Source: Pristiophorus japonicus
Lineage: Eukaryota
Assembly (NCBI RefSeq): GCF_044704955.1
Contig: NC_091996.1
Span: forward strand, 95,418,001 to 95,482,000
Length of the DNA: 64,000 bases
Direction of reading: 5' to 3'
Position 1 is the first letter of the stretch; every line of letters starts with the position of its first letter. Shown in pieces: positions 12,794-25,149 of the stretch. A program made the translations under genes and the position numbers. The notes under the pieces are model-generated. The model was given only the letters and a program-made list of their open reading frames with translations. It searched no databases and was not told the DNA's origin.

Positions 12794-13215
12794 CATGCCC
12801 AACACTAGACTCCCGAAACAAGTGCTCTTCTCCGAGTTAGGTCACACCAGGCGAGCCCCAGGAGGGCAGAAAAAATGCTTCACGGACACCCTCAAAGCCT
12901 CCTTGAAAAAAATGCAACATCCCCATCGACACCTGGGAATCCCTGGGCCCAAGGCCGCCCAAAGTGGAGGAGGAGCATCCGGGAAGGTGCCGAACACCTC
13001 GAGTCTCTTCCCCGGGAGCACGCAGAAGCCAAGCGCAAACAGCGGAAGGAGCGCACGACAACCCAAAGCCCCCCACCCACCCGTCCCTCCAACCATTGTC
13101 TGCCCGGCCTGTGACAGAGACTGTAGGTCCCGCACTGGACTCATCAGTCATCTGAGGAGTCATTTCAGTGTGGAACCAAGTCATCCTCGACTCCGAAGGA
13201 CTGCCCAAGAAGAAG
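12794..13215 (+). mobile_element. RTE LINE 3' end, right half of the element split by Gypsy A
   Basis: MPNTRLPKQVLFSEL...GGQKK.F.DTLKASL, C-terminal CPAC...HLRSH zinc finger, short (AAG)n tail. Confidence 0.88.
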
Positions 13216-13389
13216 CAGGAATCCAACTCCTACAACATCCCTTCACCAAGCCGAAGTTCGACATAAAATGATATATTGGCACCGATTGATGGAGCTACCC
13301 ATAACATAACACCAATCCATAGTAACACGCAAACACCGGGTCATTGCAGATTCACTTACTTCCAATTCTCTCCTAGTTTTTTCAATTTT

Positions 13390-14350
13390 GGGAGTGGACC
13401 CTACCCCTCCCTCACCCCTCCCCCGGGACTGGGCCCTTCCCCTCCCCCACCCCTCCCCCGGGACTGGGCCCTTCCCCTCCCCCCGCCCGGTGGGATTGGG
13501 CCCTTCCCCTCCCCCACCCCTCCCTGTGGGAGTGGGCCCTTCCACCCCCCCCTCGCCCTGTGGGAGTGGGCCCTTCCACGCCCCCCCCGCCCTGTGGGAG
13601 TGGGCCTTTCCTTGCCCCCCCCCCACCCCCCGCCCGGTGGGACTGGGCCCTTCCCCTCCCCCACCCCTCCCTGTGGGAGTGGGCCCTTCCACCCCCCCCT
13701 CGCCCTGTGGGAGTGGGCCCTTCCACGCCCCCCCCCCGCCCTGTGGGAGTGGGCCTTTCCCTGCACCCCCCCCCGCCCTGTGGGAGTGGGCCCTTCCCTC
13801 CCCCCCCCCGCCCTATGGGAGTGGGCTCCCCCCCCCCACCCTGTGGGACTGGGCCCTTCCCTCCCCCTCGCCCTGTTGGACTGGGCCCTTCCCTCCCCCT
13901 CCGCCCTGTGGGACTGGGCCCTTCCCTCACCCCCCCGCCCTGTGGGAGTGGGCTCTCCCGCCCCCCCCCCAACCCTGTGGGACTGGGTCCTTCCCTCCCC
14001 CTCGCCCTGTTGGACTGGGCCCTTCCCTCCCCCTCCGCCCTGTGGGAGTGGGCCCTTCCCTCCCCCTCCGCCCTGTGGGAGTGGGCCCTTCCCTCACCCC
14101 CCGCCCTGTGGGAGAGGGCCCTTCCCTCACCCCCCGCCCTGTGGGAGTGGGCCCTTCCCTCACCCCCCGCCCTGTGGGAGTGGGCCCTTCCCTCCCCCCC
14201 CCCCGCCCTGTGGGAGAGGGCCCTTCCCTCACCCCCCGCACTGTGGGAGTGGGCCCTTCCCTCCCCCCCCCCCGCCCTGTGGGAGTGGGCCCTTCCCTCC
14301 CCCCCCGCCCTGTGGGAGTGGGCCCTTCCCTCCCCCTCCCCCACCCCCGT
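13390..14350. repeat. C-rich minisatellite (~32-36 bp, CCCTGTGGGAGTGGGCCCTTCCCTC(C)n)
   Basis: Direct tandem repeats with variable poly-C; overlapping Pro/Gly-rich ORFs are repeat artefacts. Confidence 0.9.
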
Positions 14351-14432
14351 CCAGTTGTGAGGCTGTGGAATTTTCACTTCCAGGGTTTGTGCTCGGGCAA
14401 AACCTACTCCAACATTCAAGAATGAATAGAAG

Positions 14433-16515
14433 GAAATACTCGCATTTATATAGCGCCTTTCACACCCTCAGGACATTTCAAAGTGTTTTACAACCAATGA
14501 AGTACTTTTGGAGTGTAGTCACTGTTGTAATGTGGGAAACGCGGCAGCCAATTTGCGCACAGCAAGCTCCCACACACAGCAATGTGATAATGGTCAGATA
14601 ATCTGGTTTTTTTTGTGATGTTGATTGAGGGATAAATATTTGCCCAGGACACCGGGGAGAACTCCCCTGCTCTTCTTCAAAATAGTGGCCGTGGGATCTT
14701 GTACATCCACCTGAGAGAGTAGAGGGGGCCTCGGTTTAACGTTTAATCCGAAAGACAGCACCTCCAACAGTGCGGCGCTCCCTCAGCACTGCCCCTCCGA
14801 CAGTGCAGCGTCCCTCAGTACTGCCCCTCCGACAGTGCAGTGCTCCCTCAGTACTGCCTCTCCGATAGTGCGGTGCTCCCTCAGTACTGCCCCTCCGATA
14901 GTGCAGTGCTTCCTCAATACTGCCCCTCCGACAGTGCGGCTCTCCCTCAGTACTGCCCCTCCGACAGTGCGGCGCTCCCTCAGTACCGCCCCTCTGACAG
15001 TGCGGCGCTCCCTCAGTACTGCCCCTCTGACAGTGCGGCGCTCCCTCAGTACCGCCCCTCCGACAGTGAGGCACTCCCTCAGTACTGCCCCTCTGACAGT
15101 GCGGCGCTCCCTCAGTACTGTCCCTCCGACAGTGCGGCGCTCCCCCAGTACTGACCCTCTGACAGTGCGGCGCTCCCTCAGTACCGCCCCTCCGACAGTG
15201 CGGCGCTCCCTCAGTACCGCCCCTCCGACAGTGCACCGCTCCCTCAGTACTACTCCTCCGACAGTGAGGCACTCCCTCAGTACTGCCCCTCTGACAGTGC
15301 GGTGCTCCCTCAGTACTGCCCCTCCGATAGTGCAGTGCTTCCTCAATACTGCCCCTCCAACAGTGCGGCTCTCCCTCAGTACTGCCCCTCCGACAGTGCG
15401 GCGCTCCCTCAGTACCGCCCCTCAGTACTGCCCCTCCGACAGTGAGGCACTCCCTCAGTACTGCCCCTCTGACAGTGCGGCGCTCCCCCAGTACTGCCCC
15501 TCTGACAGTGCGGCGCTCCCTCAGTACCGCCCCTCCGACAGTGAGGCACTCCCTCAGTACTGCCCCTCTGACAGTGCGGCGCTCCCTCAGTACTGTCCCT
15601 CCGACAGTGCGGCGCTCCCCCAGTACTGCCCCTCTGACAGTGCGGCGCTCCCTCAGTACCGCCCCTCCGACAGTGCGGCGCTCCCTCAGTACTGCCCCTC
15701 CGACGGTGAGGCACTCCCTCAGTACTGCCCCTCTGACAGTGCGGCGCTCCCTCAGTACTGCCCCTCCGACAGTGCGGCGCTCCCTCAGTACTGCCCCTCC
15801 GACAGTGCGGCGCTCCCTCAGTACTGCCCCACTGACAGTGCGGCGCTCCCTCAGTACCGCCCCTCCGACAGTGCGGCGCTCCCTCAGTACTGCCCCTCCG
15901 ACAGTGCACCGCTCCCTCAGTACTGCCCCTCCGACAGTGCGGCGCTCCCCCAGTACTGCCCCTCTGACAGTGTGGCGCTCCCTCAGTACCGCCCCTCCGA
16001 CAGTGCGGCGCTCCCTCAGTACTGCCCCTCCGACAGTGCGGCGCTCCCTCAGTACTGCCCCTCTGACAGTGCGGCGCTCCCTCAGTACTGCCCCTCCGAC
16101 AGTGCGGCGCTCCCTCAGTACTGCCCCTCCGACAGTGCGGCGCTCCCTCAGTACTGCCCCTCTGACAGTGCGGCGCTCCCTCAGTACCGCCCCTCCGACA
16201 GTGCGGCGCTCCCTCAGTACTGCCCCTCCGACAGTGCACCGCTCCCTCAGTACTGCCCCTCCGACAGTGCGGCGCTCCCCCAGTACTGCCCCTCCGACAG
16301 TGCGGCGCTCCCTCAGTACTGCCCCTCTGACAGTGCGCCGCTCCCTCAGTACTGCCCCTCCGACAGTGCGGCGCTCCCTCAGTACTGCCCCTCTGACAGT
16401 GCGCCGCTCCCTCAGTACTGCACTGGGAGAGTCAGCCTTATTGCAGGGTCAATTGTTTAGCATTGGGCTTGAACCTGCAACATCCTGTCTCAGAGGTGAG
16501 AGTGCTACCCACTAC
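14433..16515 (-). mobile_element. tRNA-headed Deu-domain SINE (SacSINE1-like) with internal 33-bp tandem expansion (~14761-16420)
   Basis: SINE tail (GCATTTATATAGCGCC), Deu-like body, ~50 units of AGTACTGCCCCTCCGACAGTGCGGCGCTCCCTC, tRNA-like head at ~16440-16515. Confidence 0.8.
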
Positions 16516-16980
16516 TGGGGTGCAGTGATGGGCTGATCTCCCTCCGTTAGATCTAAATACCAGAAGGGAGAAAAATGCAGGCTGAGGGAAGCTTAAATTT
16601 AAAGGGAGCTGCAATCTTCTCAGAAAGGAATGGAAATGGGACAACTGTCAGACGGAGGAGAACATTCATCACGCAGGTGTCAGTGGAAACAAAGGCACAA
16701 CTCCCACTGCCTCTGTCGCAGTGCGAGAGACTCAACTCGAGGCAGCCTGTGGTTTTTCCGCTGAAGCACTGCAGGCATCTCGCAACATCCTGTGCTAGAA
16801 TGTGCGCGTGGCCATCAGTACAGCTCCCAGCCACGCTCGGTTAACTTCAGGCCACCACAGCCTGCAGCGCACACGTACTGAATCTCAGCGAGGCCGAGAG
16901 GGCAGTGATTGGCGGGGGGGGCTATCACATGGCACACCATCTCAGTCTGCTTTCTGCAGCCTTTCCTCTCCTCTCCCAGT

Positions 16981-17729
16981 CTCGCCACTGAGTCAGAAGA
17001 TCATGGATTCACATCCCACTTTACAGACTTTAGCACCAAAATCCAGGCCGACGCTCCAGTGCAGTACTGAGGGAGTGCTGCACTGCGCTGTCGGAGGGGC
17101 AGTACTGAGGGAGTGCTGCACTGCGCTGTCGGAGGGGCAGTACTGAGGGAGTGCTGCACTGCGCTGTCGGAGGGGCAGTACTGAGGGAGTGCTGCGCTGT
17201 TGGAGAGGCAGTACTGAGGGAGTGCCGCACTGCGCTGTCGGAGGGGCAGTACTAAGGGAGCGCCGTAGTGCGCTGCCGGAGAGGCAGTACTGAAGGAGCG
17301 CCGCACTGTCGGAGGGGCAGTACTGAGGGAGCTTCACACGGTCGGAGGGGCAGTACTGAGGGAGCGCCGCACTGTCGGAGGGGCAGTACTGAGGGAGTGC
17401 CGCACTGTCGGAGGGGCAGTACTGAGGGAGCGCCGCACTGTCGGAGGGGCGGTACTGAGGGAGCGCCGCACTGTCGGAGGGGCAGTACTGAGGGAGCGCC
17501 GCACTGTCGGAGGGGCAGTACTGAGGGAGCGCCGCACTGTCGGAGGGGCCATCACGTGAATGAGACGTTTAGTTGAGGCCCCGTCTGCCCTCTCAGGTGG
17601 ATGTAAATGATCCCACGGCACTATTTCGAAGAAGAGCGGGGGAGTTCTCCATAATATTCTGCCCAATATTGATCCCTCAATCAACATCACTAAAACAGAT
17701 TATCTGGGGCATAACATCAACACAAACCG
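16981..17729 (+). mobile_element. Deu-domain SINE with 33/38-bp internal tandem array, cut by assembly gap
   Basis: Same head, array and body as the other copies, opposite orientation to 14433-16515. Confidence 0.8.
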
Positions 17730-18135
17730 NNNNNNNNNNNNNNNNNNNNNNNNNNNNNNNNNNNNNNNNNNNNNNNNNNNNNNNNNNNNNNNNNNNNNNN
17801 NNNNNNNNNNNNNNNNNNNNNNNNNNNNNNNNNNNNNNNNNNNNNNNNNNNNNNNNNNNNNNNNNNNNNNNNNNNNNNNNNNNNNNNNNNNNNNNNNNNN
17901 NNNNNNNNNNNNNNNNNNNNNNNNNNNNNNNNNNNNNNNNNNNNNNNNNNNNNNNNNNNNNNNNNNNNNNNNNNNNNNNNNNNNNNNNNNNNNNNNNNNN
18001 NNNNNNNNNNNNNNNNNNNNNNNNNNNNNNNNNNNNNNNNNNNNNNNNNNNNNNNNNNNNNNNNNNNNNNNNNNNNNNNNNNNNNNNNNNNNNNNNNNNN
18101 NNNNNNNNNNNNNNNNNNNNNNNNNNNNNNNNNNN
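17730..18135. other. Assembly gap (N run)
   Basis: Run of n. Confidence 1.
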
Positions 18136-18545
18136 ATGGTGATTAGGGGCAGGAGGCCTGGCTGGCTTTCTCTCCCTCCCTCCCAGGAGAGTTGTGTTCC
18201 TGCCTCTATGATTGCACTGGGATGAGGGTGAGTGTAAGGGGTGGCTAGTGAGATGGAGATATGATAATGTATAGAGAGAGGGATGGGTGGAGGAGCAAGG
18301 TAAGTTGGTGTGAGTAAGGATGTGCAGGAGTAGGGTAGGGAAGGCAGAGTGATGGGGATGTGATGAGAGGCACAGCAGGATGAGGTGGAGTGATGCTCTG
18401 TATTCACCTTTCCTGATCCACTGAGATCATTGAAACATTTGCGGCATGCACCCAGGTCCTCCTGACCACATCCCTACTTGTGCCCTCCTCTGTAATGTGC
18501 AACCAGGCTGGGTTGATCTCACAGGGAGGTCTCTTCCGTCGAGGT
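18136..18545 (-). mobile_element. PIF/Harbinger-derived relic with a Myb/SANT-like DNA-binding exon (18408-18545)
   Basis: Minus strand reads RRKRPP..INPAWLHITEE..SRDVVRRTWV(frameshift)CRKCFNDL...K followed by a GTGAAT donor, resembling the Harbinger ORF2 Myb/SANT domain. Confidence 0.6.
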
Positions 18546-18834
18546 CAGCGAAATCGTGGCCAGAGAATCTGCTCACTTTCCAATTGGCCGTGGGTAGGCT
18601 GGGCGCCATGGGGACGGACATGTTGTGCGACCAATGGCGGGAGTGTGTGGGGAGGGGGGTGATTAAACCTCCAGGAATACACCCGACCAGAGTTGGCAAC
18701 CCAGTTACATTACCACGTTAGTGCACTACAGAACCAGATTCAAGGAGGATGCATTTGTCCGAACTTTAGTTCGGCCGCAGTTGCAGTATTGGGTGTATCC
18801 GTGTGAAAGGACATTAAAGCCAGAGAGAGAGTAC

Positions 18835-19562
18835 AGTGCAGATCCACCGGGACCTGGGGGTACTGGTGTATGAAATACAAAAGGATATTATGCAGGTACA
18901 GCAAGTGATCAGGAAGGCCAATGGTATATTGGCCTTTATTGCAAAGGGGATGGAGTATAAAAGCAGGGAAGTCTTGCTACAGTTATACAGGGTAGTGGTG
19001 AGGTCACACCTGGAATACTGCGTGCAGTTTTGGTTTCCGTATTTACGAAAGGATATACTTGCTTTGGAGGCAGTTCAGAGAAGGTTCACTCGGTTGATTC
19101 TGGAGATGAGGTTGACTTATGAGGAAAGGTTGAGTAGGTTGGGCCTCTACTCATTGGAATTCAGAAGAATGAGAGGTGATCTTATTGAAACATATAAGAT
19201 TATGAGGGGGCTTGACAAGGTGGATGCAGAGAGGATGTTCTCACTGATGGGGGAGACTAGAACTAGAGGGCATCTTAGAATAAGGGGCCGCCCATTTAAA
19301 ACTGAGATGAGGAGAAATTTCTTCCCTCAGAGGGTTGTAAATATGTGGAATTCGCTGCCTCAGAGAGCTGTGGAAACCAGGACATTGAATAAATTTAAGA
19401 CAGAGATAGACAGATTCTTAAACAATAAAGGGATAAGGGATTATGGGGAGCAGGCAGGGAAAGCTGAGTCCATGATTGGATCAGCCATGATCGTATTAAA
19501 TGGCGGAGCAGGCTCAAGGGGCTGTATGGCCTACTCCTGCTCCTATTTCTTATGTTCTTATG
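18835..19562 (+). mobile_element. CR1 LINE 3' fragment
   Basis: KANGILAFI...HLEYCVQFW...[17 protein letters not shown]; ends in TTCTTATGTTCTTATG tail. Confidence 0.9.
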
Positions 19563-19964
19563 CCATGGATGGAAGACTAGAGTTATCGGGAGAGAGTTCA
19601 TCGAGTCACAACCACAGGCGCCTGCAGCCATTCGGCCCATCGAACCTGTGCCGGCTCTGTGACAGAGCAATCCAATGGTCCCAATCCTCCCTCACTCTTT
19701 ACCCCCATAGCCCTGCAAACTTTTCCCTTTCAAGTATTTAACCAATTCTCTTTGGAGATACTCGGGACTGTTTCCACCAGAGCAGAAAAGGCCAGAAGAG
19801 AATTAATAGCAGTTTTAAAAATTCTAAAAGTGTTTCGATCGAGTGAATGAGAAAAGATACTTTCTCTGGTTAGGGAATCGGTGATAAAGGATCACCGATT
19901 GGAAAATGTCTGTAATAGAGGGTTTACACAGAGAGCATGGGAAATTAAATAAATATTCCAAATA

Positions 19965-21175
19965 TAGGGAGAGAGCGGGGCAGTAGGATTAGTTTGGGAT
20001 TGATACAGGGCTATGGGGTGTGAGCGGGGCAGTGGGATTAGTTTGGGATTGATACAGGGCTATGGGGATAGAGTGGGGCAGTGAGATTAGTTTGGATTGA
20101 TACAGGGCTATAGGGAGAGAGCGGGGCAGTGGGATGAGTTTGGGATTGATACAGGGCTATGGGGAGAGAGCGGGGCAGTGGGATTAGTTTGGGATTGATA
20201 CAGGGCTATGGGGAGAGAGCGGGGCAGTGGGATTAGTTTGGGATTGATACAGGGCTATGGGGAGAGAGCGGGGCAGTGAGATTAGTTTGGGATTGATACA
20301 GGGCTATGGGGAGAGAGCGGGGCAGTGGGATTAGTTTGGGATTGATACAGGGCTATGGGGAGAGAGCGGGGCAGTGGGATTAGTTTGGGATTGATACAGG
20401 GCTATGGGGAGAGAGCGGGGCAGTGAGATTAGTTTGGGATTGATACAGGGCTATGGGGAGAGAGCGGGGCACTGGGATTAGTTTGGGATTGATACAGGGC
20501 TATGGGGAGAGAGCGGGGCAGTGGGATGAGTTTGGGATTGATACAGGGCTATGGGGAGAGAGCGGGGCAGTGGGATTAGTTTGGGATTGATACAGGGCTA
20601 TGGGGAGAGAGCGGGGCAGTGGGATTAGTTTGGGGATTGATACAGGGCTATGGGGAGAGAGCGGGGCAGTGGGATTAGTTTGGGATTGATACAGGGCTAT
20701 GGGGAGAGAGCGGGGCAGTGGGATTAGTTTGGGATTGATACAGGGCTATGGGGAGAGAGCGGGCAGTGGGATTAGTTTGGGATTGATACAGGGCTATGTG
20801 GAGAGAGCGGGGCAGTGGGATTAGTTTGGGATTGATACAGGGCTATGGGGAGAGCACGGGGCAGCGTGATTAGTTTGGGATTGATACAGGGCTATGGGGA
20901 GAGAGCGGGGCAGTGGGATGTGTTTGGGATTGATACAGGGCTATGGGGAGAGAGCGGGGCAGTGGGATTAGTTTGGGATTGATACAGGGCTATGGGGAGA
21001 GAGCGGGGCAGTGAGATTAGTTTAGGGATTGATACAGGGCTATGGGGACAGAGCGGGGCAGTGGGATTAATTTGGGATTGATACAGGGCTATGGGGACAG
21101 AGCGGGGCAGTGGGATTAATTTGGGATTGATACAGGACTATGGGGAGAGAGTGGGGCAGTGGGATTAGTTTGGAT
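19965..21175. repeat. 49-bp minisatellite (~24 copies), similar to CR1 3' UTR
   Basis: Unit TGGGATTGATACAGGGCTATGGGGAGAGAGCGGGGCAGTGGGATTAGTT; follows a degraded CR1 3' end. Confidence 0.9.
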
Positions 21176-22788
21176 TGGGTTAAATTATGAGGTCAGGTTG
21201 CATTAACTCAATTTGTATTCCCTTGACAATAGGAGAAAGGGGAGTGATTTGATTGAGGTGGTTAAAATGCTTAAAGGATTCAATAGGGTAGATAGAGAGA
21301 GACTATTTTCTCTGGTGGCGGGGGGGCGGAGTCAAGGTGCAAGGGGACAGAACCTTAAAGCCCCCCCATTCCTGGGACCATTCTGGTTAATCTCTCCTGC
21401 ACCCTCTCCAAGGCCTTGACATACAAAAGAATGGCCTAGAATTGGACACAGTACTCCAGCGGAGGCTGAACCGGCATTTTATAAAGGCTTAGCATAACTT
21501 CCTTACTTTTGTACTCTGTATGCCTCTATTATTAAAGCCCATATTCTTTGCTAACAGCCTTCTGAACTGGTCCTGTCACCCTCAAATATCTCTGTGCATA
21601 AATCCCTCGGAGCTCTCTGTTCCTGTGCCCCCTTTATAATTGTACCCGTTGGTCTATATTGCCTCCCCTCATTTGTCCGACCAAAATGTATCACTTTACA
21701 CGTCTCTGTGTTAAATTTCATCTGTCATTGTGTGCTCCTGAAGTCTGTTCCGATCCGCCTCTCTGTTAACTAGGTATTATCAAGGGACACGATGCAAAGG
21801 TGGGGAAATGGAGATGAGACGCAGATTTGCCATGATCTATTTGAATGGTGCAACAGGCTCGAGGGACTGAATGGCTTCCCGCTGTTCCTATAATCCTCAA
21901 AAAATGTGTTTACTAGATCTTGCTTCCAGCTCCTGATTACAGGAGATAACAAAAATAATATCAATTGCTTTGGGTGAAATTCCATTCCAATACCCACTGC
22001 TTCTTTAGCTTGAGCCTAGTGATGTTAGTTGAGGGATAAATATTGGCCCGGGACACTGCGCCGAACTCCTTTGCGAATCATGGCCATGGGATATTTTACA
22101 TCTGGCTGAGAGAGCAGGTGGGATCTCGGTTTAACATCTGATCTGAAAGACAGCACGGCCGACGGTGCAGCATGCCAGAGAGGAATAGCCAAAGAGGCGA
22201 TAAGCTTTGCTCGACAGAGAGGGCGAGCTCTTGGGCCGACAGTACCGCCACCATCGGATTGGCCACTCGCACTTTGCTCCGCATCAACTTCGTTTGAGGG
22301 CAGGTGACAGCGTTGAAGTGGAGCGAAGTGCGAGTGGGCGGAGGGGTGTGTTCTCCACCACACGGTGGGAAATGCGTCTTCCTGCCTCTCCAACATTGCG
22401 CAGCAAACTCCCTTCTTCAAAACTTAACACTCAGGCCTTTCACCGAGCTGGCAATGGGCCGAATGGCCTTCTTCTGAGCTAAATCATTCGGTGATTCTAC
22501 AAAGTCACAGGGTCAATGGTTTCGATGCTTTTAAACGATGTTAGTTATACCGAACCAAAACGAGATTTTTTCGAAACCTCTGAAACAAAATGTTGTCAGA
22601 CCACAATGTAGACACAATTTGGACACAAAATTTCCTGAATCATTTTGGGGTGGGGAGGGAAGGAAATTATTTGAAGAGCAGCATATGACGTAAAGAGAAG
22701 AGTGCGGCAGGCAGCAAGGAAGGAGGGCGAGGTTACGACAGACTGCTCCCAAGCTGTCAGCCTGATGCTTAATACGACCCGGTCCTAC

Positions 22789-22853
22789 CTGAACTTTGGG
22801 GAGTCCTTCAGACACTCCTCGAAGTCCACACAGATGGTCATCTTGGCCAGCAT
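22789..22853 (-). CDS. ACAP1: First coding exon of an ACAP-family ArfGAP (BAR-PH-ArfGAP-ANK), probably ACAP1; remaining exons not found in window
   Basis: Minus strand MLAKMTICVDFEECLKDSPKFR ending AG|GTAGGA (phase 2) matches the ACAP N-terminus (xxxDFEECLKDSPRFR); second ATG at 22841; candidate upstream acceptor at 23007/23008. The paralogue choice rests on synteny inference. Confidence 0.8.
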
Positions 22854-23184
22854 ACACGGGCACAAAGAGGTAATGGGACAGATCGACTGGCTTTAGTGCT
22901 CCATCTTCTCCAGAGACAGGCTGTAGCGTGTGGTGCTCTGTGCGGTGGAACAGTTGCTTTGCAAGAGGAAGGGTAATGTGGGCGGAGCAGGGCCTGCTGA
23001 CCACATCCTGGAAATAGAGAATCAACTGTAAAATTACGTGAATTTTCAGATCGAAAAAGACAGTGCCCTCTACCGAACCCGCCTCAGATCAGTCACTTGG
23101 TGTGGAGCTCACAGCTATCTTCAGTCAACATCCATTTCTGAGCTCATCAATGTCAGCACTGGAGACTAGAAGAGGGTCAACAGT

Positions 23185-24668
23185 CAACACTCCCAGGGTA
23201 GGTATAGGGGGTTAGATACAGAGTAAAGCTCCCTCCACACTGTCCCATCAAACACTCCCAGGGCAGGTACAGCACGGGGTTAGATACAGAGTAAAGCTCC
23301 CTTTACACTGTCCCATCAAACACTTCCAGGGCAGGTACAATATGGGTTAGATACAGAGTAAAGCTCCCTTTACACTGTCCCATCAAACACTCCCAGGGCA
23401 GGTCCGGAATGGGGTTAGATACAGAGTAAAGCTCCCTCTACACTGTCCCATCAAACACTCCCAGGGCAGGTACAGGGGGTTAGATACAGAGTAAAGCTCC
23501 CTCTACACTGTCCCATCAAACACTCCCAGGGCAGGTACAGTATGGGTTAGATACAGAGTAAAGCTCCCTCTACAACTGTCCCATCAAACACTCCCAGGGC
23601 AGGTACAGTATGGGTTAGATACAGAGTAAAGCTCCCTCTACAACTGTCCCATCAAACACTCCCAGGGCAGGTACAGCACGGGGTTAGATACAGAGTAAAG
23701 CTCCCTCTACATTGTCCCACCAAACACTCCCAGGGCAGGTTTTTCCAACTATCTCTAACAAGTGAGAGTCTAACCACAGCCTCTTGACATTCAACAGCGT
23801 TAACATCGCCGAATCCCCCACCATCAACGTAACTGGACCAGCCACATAAATACTGTGGCCACAAGGGCAGGTCAGAGGCTGGGTATCCTGCGGCGAGTGT
23901 CTCACCCCCTGACTCCCCAAAGCCTTTTCACCATCTACAAGGCACAAGTCAGGAGTGTGATGGAACACTCTCCACTTGCCTGGATGAGTGCAGCTCCAAC
24001 AACACTCGAGAAGCTCGACACCATCCAGGACAAAGCAGCCGCTTCATCGGCACGCTACCCACCACCTTCAACACTCACTCCCTCCACCACCGGCGCACCG
24101 TGGCTGCAGTGTGTACCATCTACAAGATGCACTGCAGCAACTCGCCAAGGCTTCTTCGGCAGCACCTCCCAAACCCGCGACCTCTACCGCCTAGAAGGAC
24201 AAGGGCAGCAGGCCCATGGGAACACCACCACCTCCACGTTCCCCTCCCAGTCACACACCATCCCGACTTGGAAATATATCGGCCGTTCCTTCATCGTCGC
24301 TGGGTCACAATGCTGGAACTCCCTCCCTAACAGCACTGTGGGAGCACCTTCACCACACGGACTGCAGTGGTTCAAGAAGGCGGCTCACTACCATCTTCTC
24401 AAGGGGCAATTAGGGATGGGCAATAAATGCCGGCCTTGCCAACGATGCCCACATCCCAGGAACTAAATTTTAAAAAGGTACAGCATGGGATAGTTGCAGA
24501 GTAAAGCTCCCTCTACACTGTCCCATCAAACACTCCCAGGGCAGGTACAGCATGGGGTTAGATACAGAGTAAAGCTCCCTCTGCACTGTCCCATCAAACA
24601 CTCCCAGGGCAGGTACAGCATGGGGTTAGATACAGAGTAAAGCTCCCTCTACACTGTCCCATCAAACA
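23185..24668. repeat. ~64-68-bp minisatellite interrupted by a LINE fragment
   Basis: Unit GGGTTAGATACAGAGTAAAGCTCCCTCTACACTGTCCCATCAAACACTCCCAGGGCAGGTACAG(CAC) at 23185-23740 and 24476-24668; same unit at 53520-54075. Confidence 0.88.
23741..24475 (+). mobile_element. CR1/L2-superclade LINE 3' fragment
   Basis: AGQRLGILRR...IYKAQVRSVME.SPLAW...LDTIQDKA RT C-terminus; related pieces at ~41270-41450 (-) and 58210-58510 (+). Confidence 0.8.
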
Positions 24669-24699
24669 CAGTGAGTCTACCTATACAAAATTGTCTCTC

Positions 24700-25114
24700 T
24701 CAGACTGCAGCCTTAGTGTTGCACAGAGCAGTTGCACCAATAATTCGATGCGCGGACTCCCAGGCTGCCTGTAATGTTTTGTGTTTGATGGATAGATTGA
24801 GTGTGAGGGTGCGGCCTGGTTTCCATTATTTGAGAGGTGTGCTCCTGTATTGCTGGCTGCACTTCAGTCCCACGCCCCTGATCTTTGGTCAGCTGAGGCA
24901 GCGTGCGAGCAGTTGGGAGGGCCTCTCCATCGATCCGCTCCTGGGCCTGGCCAAGGTGGCCACCCACAGGCGCAGGCCCAGGTTGCTGGGAATTTTCGGC
25001 CTGGGCTGCCTGCCTCTCTTTCGCAGCGATGTGGGTGGACGGCTGTCCCTGGAGAGGGAGCTCGCGGTGTGCCCCGATGCACTTTCTGCGACCAGTGGGC
25101 ACCGGAGGGAATAG
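24700..25114 (+). mobile_element. Tx1 (L1-clade) ORF2 C-terminal fragment
   Basis: ADSQAACN..C...FHYLRG.LL...LHFSPT.LIFG...LLGLAKVA; homologous to 28005-29500. Confidence 0.7.
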
Positions 25115-25149
25115 TAGATAGATGGAACGGAACAACAATTAGAACTGAG

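Noticed and set aside
13350-13400. ACAP exon 2 at the minus-strand GTAAGT donor near 13359
   Set aside because: Translation does not resemble the BAR-domain start and the upstream sequence is purine-rich with no acceptor tract; exon 2 is probably in the gap or outside the window
14761-16420. 33-bp arrays (and the 34-, 43-, 49-, 56- and 65-bp arrays) as CRISPR arrays
   Set aside because: Units are head-to-tail with no unique spacers, there are no cas genes, and the context is vertebrate; most units derive from retroposons
13243-16536. Long Pro-rich and QYCPSDSAALP-repeat ORFs (up to 541 aa)
   Set aside because: Open in several frames on both strands because the repeat units lack stops; no splice or promoter support
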